Origin: a virus
Lineage: Duplodnaviria > Caudoviricetes
Virus record (IMG/VR): IMGVR_UViG_3300005764_000017
Coordinates: 1,483 to 65,482 of that record
Strand: one strand, 5' to 3'
Length of the DNA: 64,000 nucleotides
The notes under the pieces are model-generated. The model worked only from the letters and a program-made list of their open reading frames with translations, was not told the DNA's origin and made no database searches. The position numbers were made by a program, and so were the translations under genes. Position 1 is the first letter of the stretch, and each line of letters starts with the position of its first letter. This document shows, in pieces, positions 17,784-26,263 of this stretch.

Positions 17784-18514
17784 TCTGGGTTCCGAGTCCG
17801 TCGGATGCGCTGCGCTGGGAGCGCGAGTGGGAGCGCAGGGTCACATCCCCCATCGACCTCGAGCGGGAATGGACCCACCACTACGTCGCGGACCGTGGCC
17901 GGGTGCGCAAGGTGCCCATCGTCGGCGGCTCCTCGTGGTCGACCGGGATCCCCGTCGAGGCCATCTACTCCAACAGCGCGGCCGGGACGGCCAAGAACAC
18001 GTTCACGACCGAAGCGCAGATCAATGACTCGGCCGGCATGGGGTCGGTGGCCCAGCTCAACAGCCCGCTGCTGTGGGCCCCGGGCTTCAACCAGCCGAAG
18101 GCCACGCTGTTCGTCCGGGCCCGAGGGATCGTCTCCTCGACCTCCACGCCGACGTTCACGTGGACCATGCGCTTTGGTACGAGTTCGTCAGGAGCTCAGG
18201 TCGCGGGCACGGCGGCGCTGACGACGCTGACGACCATCAGCAACAAGGGCTGGGAGTTCGAGTGCGAAATCCAGCCGGTCACCCTCGCCGCCGCCGGCGC
18301 CAACTCGACCTTCCGCGGCGTCGGCCTGCTCAGCTCACCGGCGGGTCTGGCCTCGCCGGGCGTCTACGAGGTCTGGGGCGGCGGTGCGCAGCCGGGCACG
18401 GTGGCCACCGTCGACTGGAGCATCACGAACTCGATCTGGTTCGCCGCCGCCTGCTCGGCATCGAGCGCTTCGAACGGCATCACTCTGCTGCAGCTCATCA
18501 TCCTCGGCGCATAG
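17780..18514 (+). CDS. putative virion protein
   Basis: Ser/Thr/Ala-rich beta-sandwich-like composition within structural block. Confidence 0.55.
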   Translation: MIWVPSPSDALRWEREWERRVTSPIDLEREWTHHYVADRGRVRKVPIVGGSSWSTGIPVEAIYSNSAAGTAKNTFTTEAQINDSAGMGSVAQLNSPLLWAPGFNQPKATLFVRARGIVSSTSTPTFTWTMRFGTSSSGAQVAGTAALTTLTTISNKGWEFECEIQPVTLAAAGANSTFRGVGLLSSPAGLASPGVYEVWGGGAQPGTVATVDWSITNSIWFAAACSASSASNGITLLQLIILGA

Positions 18515-18522
18515 GAGACGAC

Positions 18523-18846
18523 ATGGCATTCGTGAACGCCGGCGGGATCGCACAGCTCAGCAAGGCGCAGTTCGACTCGCTCATGAACGGCTGCATCCAG
18601 AACCTGGACGGCGCGCTACTCCAGGCGCAGGCCATCCAGGCATTCTTCACGGCGCATCCGGATGCGGACTTCACGACGACGTCTGGAGCAGGTCCGATCA
18701 ACTACGCCTCCGGTGACGTCACCAACATGAAGAGCGCGTTCTCCGACTTGGACCAGCTCCGCACCATCTACCAGGGCTCGGCCACGCTGGGCACGGCCAA
18801 GGACTTCCGAACCTTCGCGAAGCTGATCGCCACGCTGGTGCACTAA
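18523..18846 (+). CDS. hypothetical protein
   Basis: GGAG RBS, structural block. Confidence 0.55.
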   Translation: MAFVNAGGIAQLSKAQFDSLMNGCIQNLDGALLQAQAIQAFFTAHPDADFTTTSGAGPINYASGDVTNMKSAFSDLDQLRTIYQGSATLGTAKDFRTFAKLIATLVH

Positions 18847-18869
18847 CCAGCCGCCCGTGAGGGGCTGAG

Positions 18870-21698
18870 ATGTCCACCACGATCTCAGCCGTAGCCGGCA
18901 CCACCGGCAGCGGCCTCGGCTCCGAACGGCACATCGCCTGGGCGCCGAACTCGCAGCTCTGGTGGGCGTTCGCCTACACGGGCACCAACGTCGTCTCCTC
19001 CTGGTACAGCTCGGACGGCTCGAGTTGGACGGCCGGCGCCACCCACACGCTGGCCCAGGCCCACAACAGCGAAGGCCGCAACCTGGCGGTCACCATCAAG
19101 TCGATCAGCTCGGTGGACTGCGTCCATATCGGGCTGATCTACAAGTCCGGAACCAGCCTGGGCGCCAACGCCCTGCGGGCCACTGTTTCCGGCACGACGC
19201 TCACCTACCACTCGTCGGACTCGACGGTTGCTTCGGCCACGGGCGATGGGGACGCGCTCTACTGGGCCGGGTCCGGCTTGGACCTGGACTCGAACAACAA
19301 GGTCCACTTCGCCAACGGCTGGAGCGCCGGCGGTAACGGCGACAGCAACTCGTCGGATTCCACGGCGGACGCGGGGACCGCCGAGCAGATGACGCCGGTG
19401 ACGTGGACGTCCCATGTCATCGACGCCGGCATCACCGCCGAGGTCCGCTCAGGCTGCATCGTCGATCTGGGCTCCAGCAAGGTCGGCTTCATCGCCGACG
19501 ACGGCCAGAACGCGAGCACCGCGACCGGGCTCAACTGGTACACGTGGTCAGGGTCGAGCTGGAACGTCGACCCTGGCAACCAGAAGGTGACCGGCGGCTC
19601 GGTGACCGCCTTTGACAAGAACGACTGGGGCGCGGTCGCGCTCTCGCCGACCAACATCCACGTCGTCTACCGCGACGGCGGCACCGGCGATCTCATCCAT
19701 CGGCGCTACGACGGCACTTCATGGGGCGCCGGCCAATCCCTCCCCGCGCAGTCCAACGTGGCGGGCGGCGGCGTGGCGCTCACTGCCGATGGCGCGTCGG
19801 TCTGGTGCGTCATCATCGACACCGACGGCGCCAACACGGTGCGGTCCTGCCAGTGGTCGGACCTGGCCCACAACCAGGTCGGCGACCAGTGGGGTAGCTG
19901 GCAGGTCGTCGAGGGCTCCAGCGCGACCAGGACGTTCGTCGGGGTGGCGCGCGACGTGGCGGCCAGCGTCGGACTCGCGTACTGGTCTGAGGGCTCCAAC
20001 CTCGTCGCCGCGGCGTTCGCGGCCTCCTCTCCGCCCGACCCTGGCTTCTACACCTGGATCCAGAGCAACCAGGGCAGCAGCAGCACTGCGGCCACCACGT
20101 TCGCGGTCGCGTTTTCGACGCAGAACATCGTCTCCGGCAACCGGATCATCGTCGCGATCAGCGAGTGGAACTCGACGGCGACGACGATCACCAGCGTCAC
20201 CGACTCAGCGGGCAACGCCTACCTCAAGGACAAGGACGCCGTCCTGAGCGACGGCACCCATGTCTCGATCTGGTCGGCGCCGATCACGGTCGGAGGCGGG
20301 ACCAAGCCCACCGTCACCGCCCATGCCTCGGCATCGACGTCCGAATGGGCGATGTGGGTCCACGAGTACTCGGGCGTCACGGCCGCCGCGGCGAACTATC
20401 TCGACGGCACTAACTCCTTCACGACCTCGGTCGCCTCCAGCCCCATCACCTCCGGGGCGTCGACCCCGGCGCCGGGAGCGGCCAACGAGCTCGCTTTCGG
20501 CTTCTACGGCGACGGCGGCAACAACATCGCCACCATCGGCGTTTCGGCCGGCTGGACGCAGCGGGGATCCTCGATCCAGGGCTCGAGCACCACCGCCGAA
20601 GGTGCCTGCTCCGACCAGGCGACCTCGGCCGGCACCGGCTCGAATGCCTCCTTCACGCTGAGCGGCACCGGCGCGCCAGGCGGTGTCCTGGTCGCGGTCT
20701 ACAAGCTGGCGGCTGTGCCCGGCGGCGGTGGACCGCCGGCGCTGGGGCGCACCCTTGGCCTGCGACCTGTCTGGCGCGGCCTGCGTCGCCCGATCCCATT
20801 CATGCCGGCGGCGCTCTCGTCGCTGTCCCCCGCCTGCGATCCGACTTCGAGCGCGGCGACCAGCTCCTGGACGGCCACTCTGACCGTCACCGTCGCCCTG
20901 TCGGGCACCAGCGCCGCCCGCAGCAGTCTCACGGCGGCGCCGAGCGAGGCGGTCGCCATCTCGGGCCCGGTCGCCGCCACCGCAGTCCTGAGTGGCGCCC
21001 AGAGCGCATCTGCCGCCCTGACTGGGGTGCTGGTCGCCACCAGCACGGAGATGGCCGCTCCGGCCCTCCAGGGCGCACTCAGCGGCCCGATCCAGGCGGT
21101 CTCAGCCGAGAGCGGCGCGCTCAGTGCCGCGGTCGCGCTGTCGGCGCCGGTAGCCGCCATGAGCGCGGCGACCGCGGTGACATCCTCGGCTGTCGCGCTC
21201 AGCGGACCGTTGGCCGGCGTCTCCGTCCTAACCGGCGCCCCGCAGGAAGCGATCAACGTCTCCGGTGCCCTGACGGCGATTCTGGTCCTCTCCGGGACCG
21301 CGACGACGGCAACTCCCGTGGCCGGGACCATCGCGGCGGTTTCGCGGTGGACGGGCGTCTCATCGCTCTCGGTGGGCCTGGCCGGCAACGCGAGCTCGGT
21401 GGCCGGGCTCACGGCCGGCGTCAGCACCACGGTCGGGATGACGGGGACGCTGGCCGGGGTTGGTGGGGCGTCGGGGGCGCTGAGCGCCTCGGTTGCGGTT
21501 GCGGTTGCGGGCTCGGTGGCGTCGGTCCTGGTGATGACCGGGACCCTCTCGACCGCCATACCGGGCACTGGCCCGGGGACCGTCAGCGCCTACCACACGG
21601 TCGCCTTCCGGGTGGGCGCGGTCGCCTCAGTTGCCTTCACCGTGGGCGCCTACGCCTCGCCGACGTTCCGCGTCGGCGCCTACGACTCCGTGGTCTGA
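18870..21698 (+). CDS. large multidomain virion protein (propeller-like N-terminus, beta-sandwich, Ala/Ser repeat tail)
   Basis: 942 aa; SSDGSSW/WSGSSW/YDGTSW BNR-like repeats; low-complexity A/S/V/G C-terminal third. Confidence 0.65.
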   Translation: MSTTISAVAGTTGSGLGSERHIAWAPNSQLWWAFAYTGTNVVSSWYSSDGSSWTAGATHTLAQAHNSEGRNLAVTIKSISSVDCVHIGLIYKSGTSLGANALRATVSGTTLTYHSSDSTVASATGDGDALYWAGSGLDLDSNNKVHFANGWSAGGNGDSNSSDSTADAGTAEQMTPVTWTSHVIDAGITAEVRSGCIVDLGSSKVGFIADDGQNASTATGLNWYTWSGSSWNVDPGNQKVTGGSVTAFDKNDWGAVALSPTNIHVVYRDGGTGDLIHRRYDGTSWGAGQSLPAQSNVAGGGVALTADGASVWCVIIDTDGANTVRSCQWSDLAHNQVGDQWGSWQVVEGSSATRTFVGVARDVAASVGLAYWSEGSNLVAAAFAASSPPDPGFYTWIQSNQGSSSTAATTFAVAFSTQNIVSGNRIIVAISEWNSTATTITSVTDSAGNAYLKDKDAVLSDGTHVSIWSAPITVGGGTKPTVTAHASASTSEWAMWVHEYSGVTAAAANYLDGTNSFTTSVASSPITSGASTPAPGAANELAFGFYGDGGNNIATIGVSAGWTQRGSSIQGSSTTAEGACSDQATSAGTGSNASFTLSGTGAPGGVLVAVYKLAAVPGGGGPPALGRTLGLRPVWRGLRRPIPFMPAALSSLSPACDPTSSAATSSWTATLTVTVALSGTSAARSSLTAAPSEAVAISGPVAATAVLSGAQSASAALTGVLVATSTEMAAPALQGALSGPIQAVSAESGALSAAVALSAPVAAMSAATAVTSSAVALSGPLAGVSVLTGAPQEAINVSGALTAILVLSGTATTATPVAGTIAAVSRWTGVSSLSVGLAGNASSVAGLTAGVSTTVGMTGTLAGVGGASGALSASVAVAVAGSVASVLVMTGTLSTAIPGTGPGTVSAYHTVAFRVGAVASVAFTVGAYASPTFRVGAYDSVV

Positions 21699-21707
21699 GG
21701 AGGCCGC

Positions 21708-22010
21708 ATGGCGTACTACGTCGGCGAGGCGATCGCGCTCTCGAACTGGACGGGCCCCTCGGCGACCCCCACCGGCGGCTACCGTAACGCCTCCGGCACG
21801 CTCTACGACCCGACCACTCCGACCCTGCGCTACAGGCTGCCCGGCCAGACGGTGACCAGCGTCAGCGGCGGCTCGCTGACCAAGGACGGCACTGGCCTCT
21901 ACCACCAGATCGTGACCCCAACCGCCGACGGCGTCATCGTCGGCGCCTGGCTCAGCAACGACGGCGCCTACCAGCCCTTCACCATCGACGTCCAGCCGGC
22001 CCCCATCTGA
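21708..22010 (+). CDS. small virion protein (Ig/BppU-like)
   Basis: LYDPTTPTLRYRLPG...KDGTGLYHQIVTP pattern. Confidence 0.5.
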   Translation: MAYYVGEAIALSNWTGPSATPTGGYRNASGTLYDPTTPTLRYRLPGQTVTSVSGGSLTKDGTGLYHQIVTPTADGVIVGAWLSNDGAYQPFTIDVQPAPI

Positions 22011-22020
22011 GGAGACAGCC

Positions 22021-23262
22021 ATGCTCGACATGCGCGCCCGCCCAGCCGAGGCGCTTCCGACCGCGCCCCCGGAGGCCGTGCTGCGCAAGGGCTACCTGCC
22101 GCCGGACGTCAACCTCGGGAACTCGGACCTCCGCTTCCACATTAACGAGTTCCCCCTAGGCGGGATCGAGAACTACAGCGTGGCCCGCGCGGCCTACGCG
22201 ATGGCCCAGGCCAAGCAGGGTCGCTCCCTCGCCTGGCAGAAGTACGCGCCCTGGGAGCACGCCTACCAGCAGGCCCTGACGAAGGCGATGGGCGACCAGG
22301 TGAGCGGCCTCGACGGCGCCTACCTGGCGCCGGAGCAGTGGGGAACGCGCCTATTCGACCTCCTGCGCTCGTTCTCGGCGCTCGACCAGCTGCCGATCAC
22401 CCGCGTCCGGGTGCCGGTCCGCATCCTGCGGCTGCCGAAGATCAGCGGCGACATCACCATCCAGTACCCCGGCGAGAACGCGCAGATCACCGCCTCGCAG
22501 TACTCGTTCGGCCAGCTCAGCTACAACGCCCACAAGGCGAACGCGCTCTACAACGAGTCCAACGAGCTGTTCCGCGATGCCCCGGAGGTGATCGACCAGG
22601 CGCTACAGCTCTCGGCGTCCCGGGCCATCGCGACCGACCGGGACACTCAGTTGCTCACGGGCGCCGGCGGCCCGAAGCCGACCGGCATCACGACGCTGGC
22701 GACGGCGGGTACGGTGGCGAAGTACTTCCCGCCGGCCTCGGCGTCAGGCTCGCTGCAGACTACGGCGAACCACAACACCCCGAGCTTCAACCACATGAGC
22801 CAGCTCAGGGGCAAGGTCACGAGCCTCAACGGCAACTCGAACGTCACCGCCGGCCAGGCGCAGTGCGACGGCATCGTCGTCCACTCCCGCTTCGAGCAGA
22901 CCGTGATGACTCTGGGTACCGCGGCCGGGTCCTGGACGGACAGCCAGGGCCGTCCGCTCTGGGTCATGGGCCTCAACGGCGAGTCGTCCGACCCGCAGAC
23001 GGGTCTCCTGGGCATGAAGTGGGCGCTCTCGAACGTCCTGCCGACCAACTCGACGGACGGCGGCGGCACGGCCTCGAGCTACGCCATCGCTGGCTGGTGG
23101 GCGCAGTACGTGCTGTTCGAGTGCACGGCCTTCACGTTCGAGGCGACGCCGTTCGCCCAGGGGTTCGCGTCCGACCAGACGCAGGTCAGGATCACATACC
23201 GCTTCGACGGGGGCCCTGCACATCCCGAGTCGTTTGCGGTTTTGGCGGGGGTGGACCAGTGA
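22021..23262 (+). CDS. HK97-fold major capsid protein paralog (copy A)
   Basis: KAMGDQVSGLDGAYLAPEQW, PGENAQIT, ESNELFRDA, SDQTQVRITYRFDGGPAHPESFAVL; aligns with 32376-33893. Confidence 0.85.
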   Translation: MLDMRARPAEALPTAPPEAVLRKGYLPPDVNLGNSDLRFHINEFPLGGIENYSVARAAYAMAQAKQGRSLAWQKYAPWEHAYQQALTKAMGDQVSGLDGAYLAPEQWGTRLFDLLRSFSALDQLPITRVRVPVRILRLPKISGDITIQYPGENAQITASQYSFGQLSYNAHKANALYNESNELFRDAPEVIDQALQLSASRAIATDRDTQLLTGAGGPKPTGITTLATAGTVAKYFPPASASGSLQTTANHNTPSFNHMSQLRGKVTSLNGNSNVTAGQAQCDGIVVHSRFEQTVMTLGTAAGSWTDSQGRPLWVMGLNGESSDPQTGLLGMKWALSNVLPTNSTDGGGTASSYAIAGWWAQYVLFECTAFTFEATPFAQGFASDQTQVRITYRFDGGPAHPESFAVLAGVDQ

Positions 23263-23678
23263 GCGACCTTCCCGAGGTCCGGCTGGCATCCTGCGGCCAC
23301 GGCTTCCTCCCCCTCGATGTGCCTCCGGCCGCGGTCATGCAGAACGGCATGCACCAGGTGCAGGTGTACCTCTGCGACGACTGTCGCCAGCGGCTGAACG
23401 CGCGGAAGGTGGAGACGAAGCCGGGGCCTGCGGTCGTGCGGAAGATGCAGTACGAGCTGCCGAGGAATCCAGAGCTTGAAGCCGACGAGCCACCGCCCAT
23501 GGACCTCGCCTCCGACCTCAGCCCCTACGCCAAGGGCGCCAAGGTGGCGCGCGACGGCGGCGCCGAGGAGGACTGCCCGTTCTCCGACCGGCGGACGAAG
23601 GACGCCAAGGAGTGGCTGAGGGGGTTCCGGGAGGAGTTCGAGCGGCGGAACGCTCATGGCGACCGAACGGACGCCTGA
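23259..23678 (+). CDS. hypothetical protein
   Basis: CGH...CDDC; C-terminal CPFSD...EWLRGF motif. Confidence 0.55.
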   Translation: MSDLPEVRLASCGHGFLPLDVPPAAVMQNGMHQVQVYLCDDCRQRLNARKVETKPGPAVVRKMQYELPRNPELEADEPPPMDLASDLSPYAKGAKVARDGGAEEDCPFSDRRTKDAKEWLRGFREEFERRNAHGDRTDA

Positions 23679-24105
23679 CCCGAAGAAGGGGGTCCACGGC
23701 AACCCCGGCCAACTGCCCTGGCAGGAGGACCCGGACATCCTCGCCCGGATGCAGGAAGGGGCCCGCCTGCGCTCCCACGGCCTTACCGCGCCCGAGATCG
23801 CGCTTAAGCTGGGCATCGGTCGCACCCAGGTCTTCGAGGACCGCAACCGCCTCCTGGAACTCCGCAAGGAGGAGGCCAAAGATGCCGTCCAGCACCACAT
23901 CGAGAACCTCCAGCAGCAGGCGGCCGAGATCCGACAGGCACTCGCCAGCACCGACACCCGGAGCCTGAACGTCGGCCAGCTCCGCGGCCTGCTGAGGCAG
24001 ATCGAGATGGACATCGCCAAGCTCGACGGCAGCCTGATCGAGCGGAAGGAGACCAAGCTCGAGGCGGACGGCGTGACGTTCACGCTGAACCTGACGGGGC
24101 AGTAG
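23656..24105 (+). CDS. putative terminase small subunit
   Basis: N-terminal HTH (GLTAPEIALKLGIGRTQVFED), coiled coil, immediately upstream of TerL. Confidence 0.7.
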   Translation: MATERTPDPKKGVHGNPGQLPWQEDPDILARMQEGARLRSHGLTAPEIALKLGIGRTQVFEDRNRLLELRKEEAKDAVQHHIENLQQQAAEIRQALASTDTRSLNVGQLRGLLRQIEMDIAKLDGSLIERKETKLEADGVTFTLNLTGQ

Positions 24106-25409
24106 TGGCGACCGCCACCTACAACCGCCCGGCCATCTACCCCCGCCAGCGCGAGTTCATCGACGCCCCCGAGCGCTACGCTGTCATCGAGGCGGCGACC
24201 AAGGCCGGGAAGACGGTCGGATGCATCGTCTGGATCGTCGAGAAGGCGCTGGCCGGGAAGCAGGGCCAGGACTTCTGGTGGGTGGCCCCGGTCTACCCAC
24301 AGGCCGAGATCGCGTTCAAGCGCCTGAAGCGCTACCTGCCGCGGTCGGTCTACAAGGCCAACGAGTCCAAGCTGGCGGTCGAACTCGCGAACGGCGCCAC
24401 GATCACCTTCAAGTCCGGCGAGAAGCCGGACAACCTCTACGGCGAGGACGTCTACGCCGCCGTCATCGACGAGGCCACCCGCGTCCGCGAGGAGGCGTGG
24501 CACGCGCTGAGGTCAACCCTGACGGCGACCCAGGGCCCGGTCCGGATCATCGGCAACGTCAAGGGCCGGCGGAACTGGGCCTACAAGATGGCGCGCCAGG
24601 CCGAGCAGGGCATGCCGGGCATGCGCCACTACAAGATCACCGCCTACGACGCGGCTGACGGCCTCGCCGAGATGAAGGCTGCGGGCCTCATCCCCGAGAC
24701 GGCCAACGTCGTCACTCTCGACGAGATCGAAGACGCCCGGCGCCAGCTCCCCGAGCACGTCTTCCGCGAGCTGTACCTCGCCGAGCCGAGCGACGACGAG
24801 GGGAACCCGTTCGGCCTCCAGGCCATCCGCGACTGCATCGAGCCGATCTCGACGGCTGACCCGGTCGCGTGGGGATGGGACCTCGCCAAGCACCACGACT
24901 GGACGGTGGGGGTGGCGCTCGACGCGCAGTGCCGCGTCTGCCGCTTCGAGCGGTGGCAGGCCACGTGGCGAGCGACAGTCGCCGACATCCGGCATATCAC
25001 GCGCGGCGTACCGGCGCTCGTGGATTCCACCGGCGTCGGCGACCCCGTGCTCGAGCAGCTCCAGGCCAACGGCGGCGGCAACTTCGCCGGCTTCCACTTC
25101 AACCAGACGAGCAAGCAGCAGCTCATGGAGGGCTTGGCGCTCGCCATCCACCAGCGGGAGATCGCGTTCCCCGAGGGTCAGCTCACCAACGAGTTGATGG
25201 CCTTCGAGTATGTGGTTCGGACGCTGAACGGTCGGGTGACCGGCGTGCAGTACGCGGCGCCAGAGGGGATGTACGACGACGCGGTGTGCGGCCTCGCCCT
25301 GGCCCGGGAACAGTGGCTGAGCCAGGGCCGCGGCGCCCTGCTGGTGGCCACGGTGGAGGGCGCGGACGAGGACCCGACGGGGTTCTGGGCGTCGTTCGAC
25401 GACGAGTGA
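24105..25409 (+). CDS. terL: terminase large subunit
   Basis: AATKAGKT Walker A, VIDEA Walker B, GWDLAKHHDWT, VDSTGVGD, YDDAVCGLALA. Confidence 0.95.
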   Translation: MATATYNRPAIYPRQREFIDAPERYAVIEAATKAGKTVGCIVWIVEKALAGKQGQDFWWVAPVYPQAEIAFKRLKRYLPRSVYKANESKLAVELANGATITFKSGEKPDNLYGEDVYAAVIDEATRVREEAWHALRSTLTATQGPVRIIGNVKGRRNWAYKMARQAEQGMPGMRHYKITAYDAADGLAEMKAAGLIPETANVVTLDEIEDARRQLPEHVFRELYLAEPSDDEGNPFGLQAIRDCIEPISTADPVAWGWDLAKHHDWTVGVALDAQCRVCRFERWQATWRATVADIRHITRGVPALVDSTGVGDPVLEQLQANGGGNFAGFHFNQTSKQQLMEGLALAIHQREIAFPEGQLTNELMAFEYVVRTLNGRVTGVQYAAPEGMYDDAVCGLALAREQWLSQGRGALLVATVEGADEDPTGFWASFDDE

Positions 25410-25419
25410 GGAGGGAGCG

Positions 25420-25575
25420 GTGAGCTTCGGCCTGACCGTGACGCTCGACTGGTGGCAGTGGTTGCTGATGGTGTTCGGCGCCGGCTTCTGCTGGGCGGCC
25501 GGAGCAGCCCTCGGCGGCGCGTTCGTGCGCGCGCTGGGTGCCATGTTTTCGCAGCGACGGCAGCCGCCGGGGTAG
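25420..25575 (+). CDS. small membrane protein
   Basis: GGAGGGAG RBS; hydrophobic 51-aa ORF. Confidence 0.5.
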   Translation: MSFGLTVTLDWWQWLLMVFGAGFCWAAGAALGGAFVRALGAMFSQRRQPPG

Positions 25576-25585
25576 GGTTGGCGCG

Positions 25586-25957
25586 ATGGCGCTGATGTAC
25601 GACGGCGACCGGATCACGTTCACCAGACGCTTCCCGAGCTTCTCGTACTTCGTCACGGCCGAGCACGAGGTCAAGGTGCTGGAGTACGAGGACCATCTGG
25701 AGGTCTGGAGGGCGGACCGCCGGGGCCGATGGCGCCGGCGCAAGACCCTGCCGACCGAGTTGGCGAAGTACTTCTCGGTCCTCGACAAGTACGAGGTCAA
25801 GGTGGGGCCAGCCGACGAAGACTGGAAGTCGCCACTGCCGTCCGCGTGGAGCGGTGTCGACGCTGGCCCTGTCTGCGATCCGGCGTTCATGCCCCGCGAG
25901 TCGAATCCGACGGTGCGGATCAGCACGGAAGACGGCGAAGTCATCTGGAGCGCCTGA
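25586..25957 (+). CDS. hypothetical protein
   Basis: ORF with typical codon usage between TerL and portal. Confidence 0.5.
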   Translation: MALMYDGDRITFTRRFPSFSYFVTAEHEVKVLEYEDHLEVWRADRRGRWRRRKTLPTELAKYFSVLDKYEVKVGPADEDWKSPLPSAWSGVDAGPVCDPAFMPRESNPTVRISTEDGEVIWSA

Positions 25958-26263
25958 CCCCCCTCCTCGACTGGCTCTGGCACCGCGCCGCGGTCCTGGC
26001 CGCCGGCTACCTCGTGGCGGGCTGGCGCGGGATGCTGGCGGTGATGGTGGCGCGGGAGGTCGTCGGGCTAGTGCTTGCGGGGGTAGGTCGGTGGGCCGAG
26101 GCGCCGGGCCCAGCGCGCCCACGCGTACAGGACCAGCCCGACCGGTAGCCCGTAGATAACGAGCGCCCTCAGCCACAGCGGGCCAGCCTCGCCGAGCGCG
26201 ACGAGCACCCAGAACGACCAGTCCATGGCGCTCAGTATGCGGCGCCCCCACACGGAGCCGCCC

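Noticed and set aside
25930-26226. Overlapping hydrophobic ORFs on opposite strands before the portal
   Set aside because: Could not decide which, if either, is real; neither has a clear RBS.
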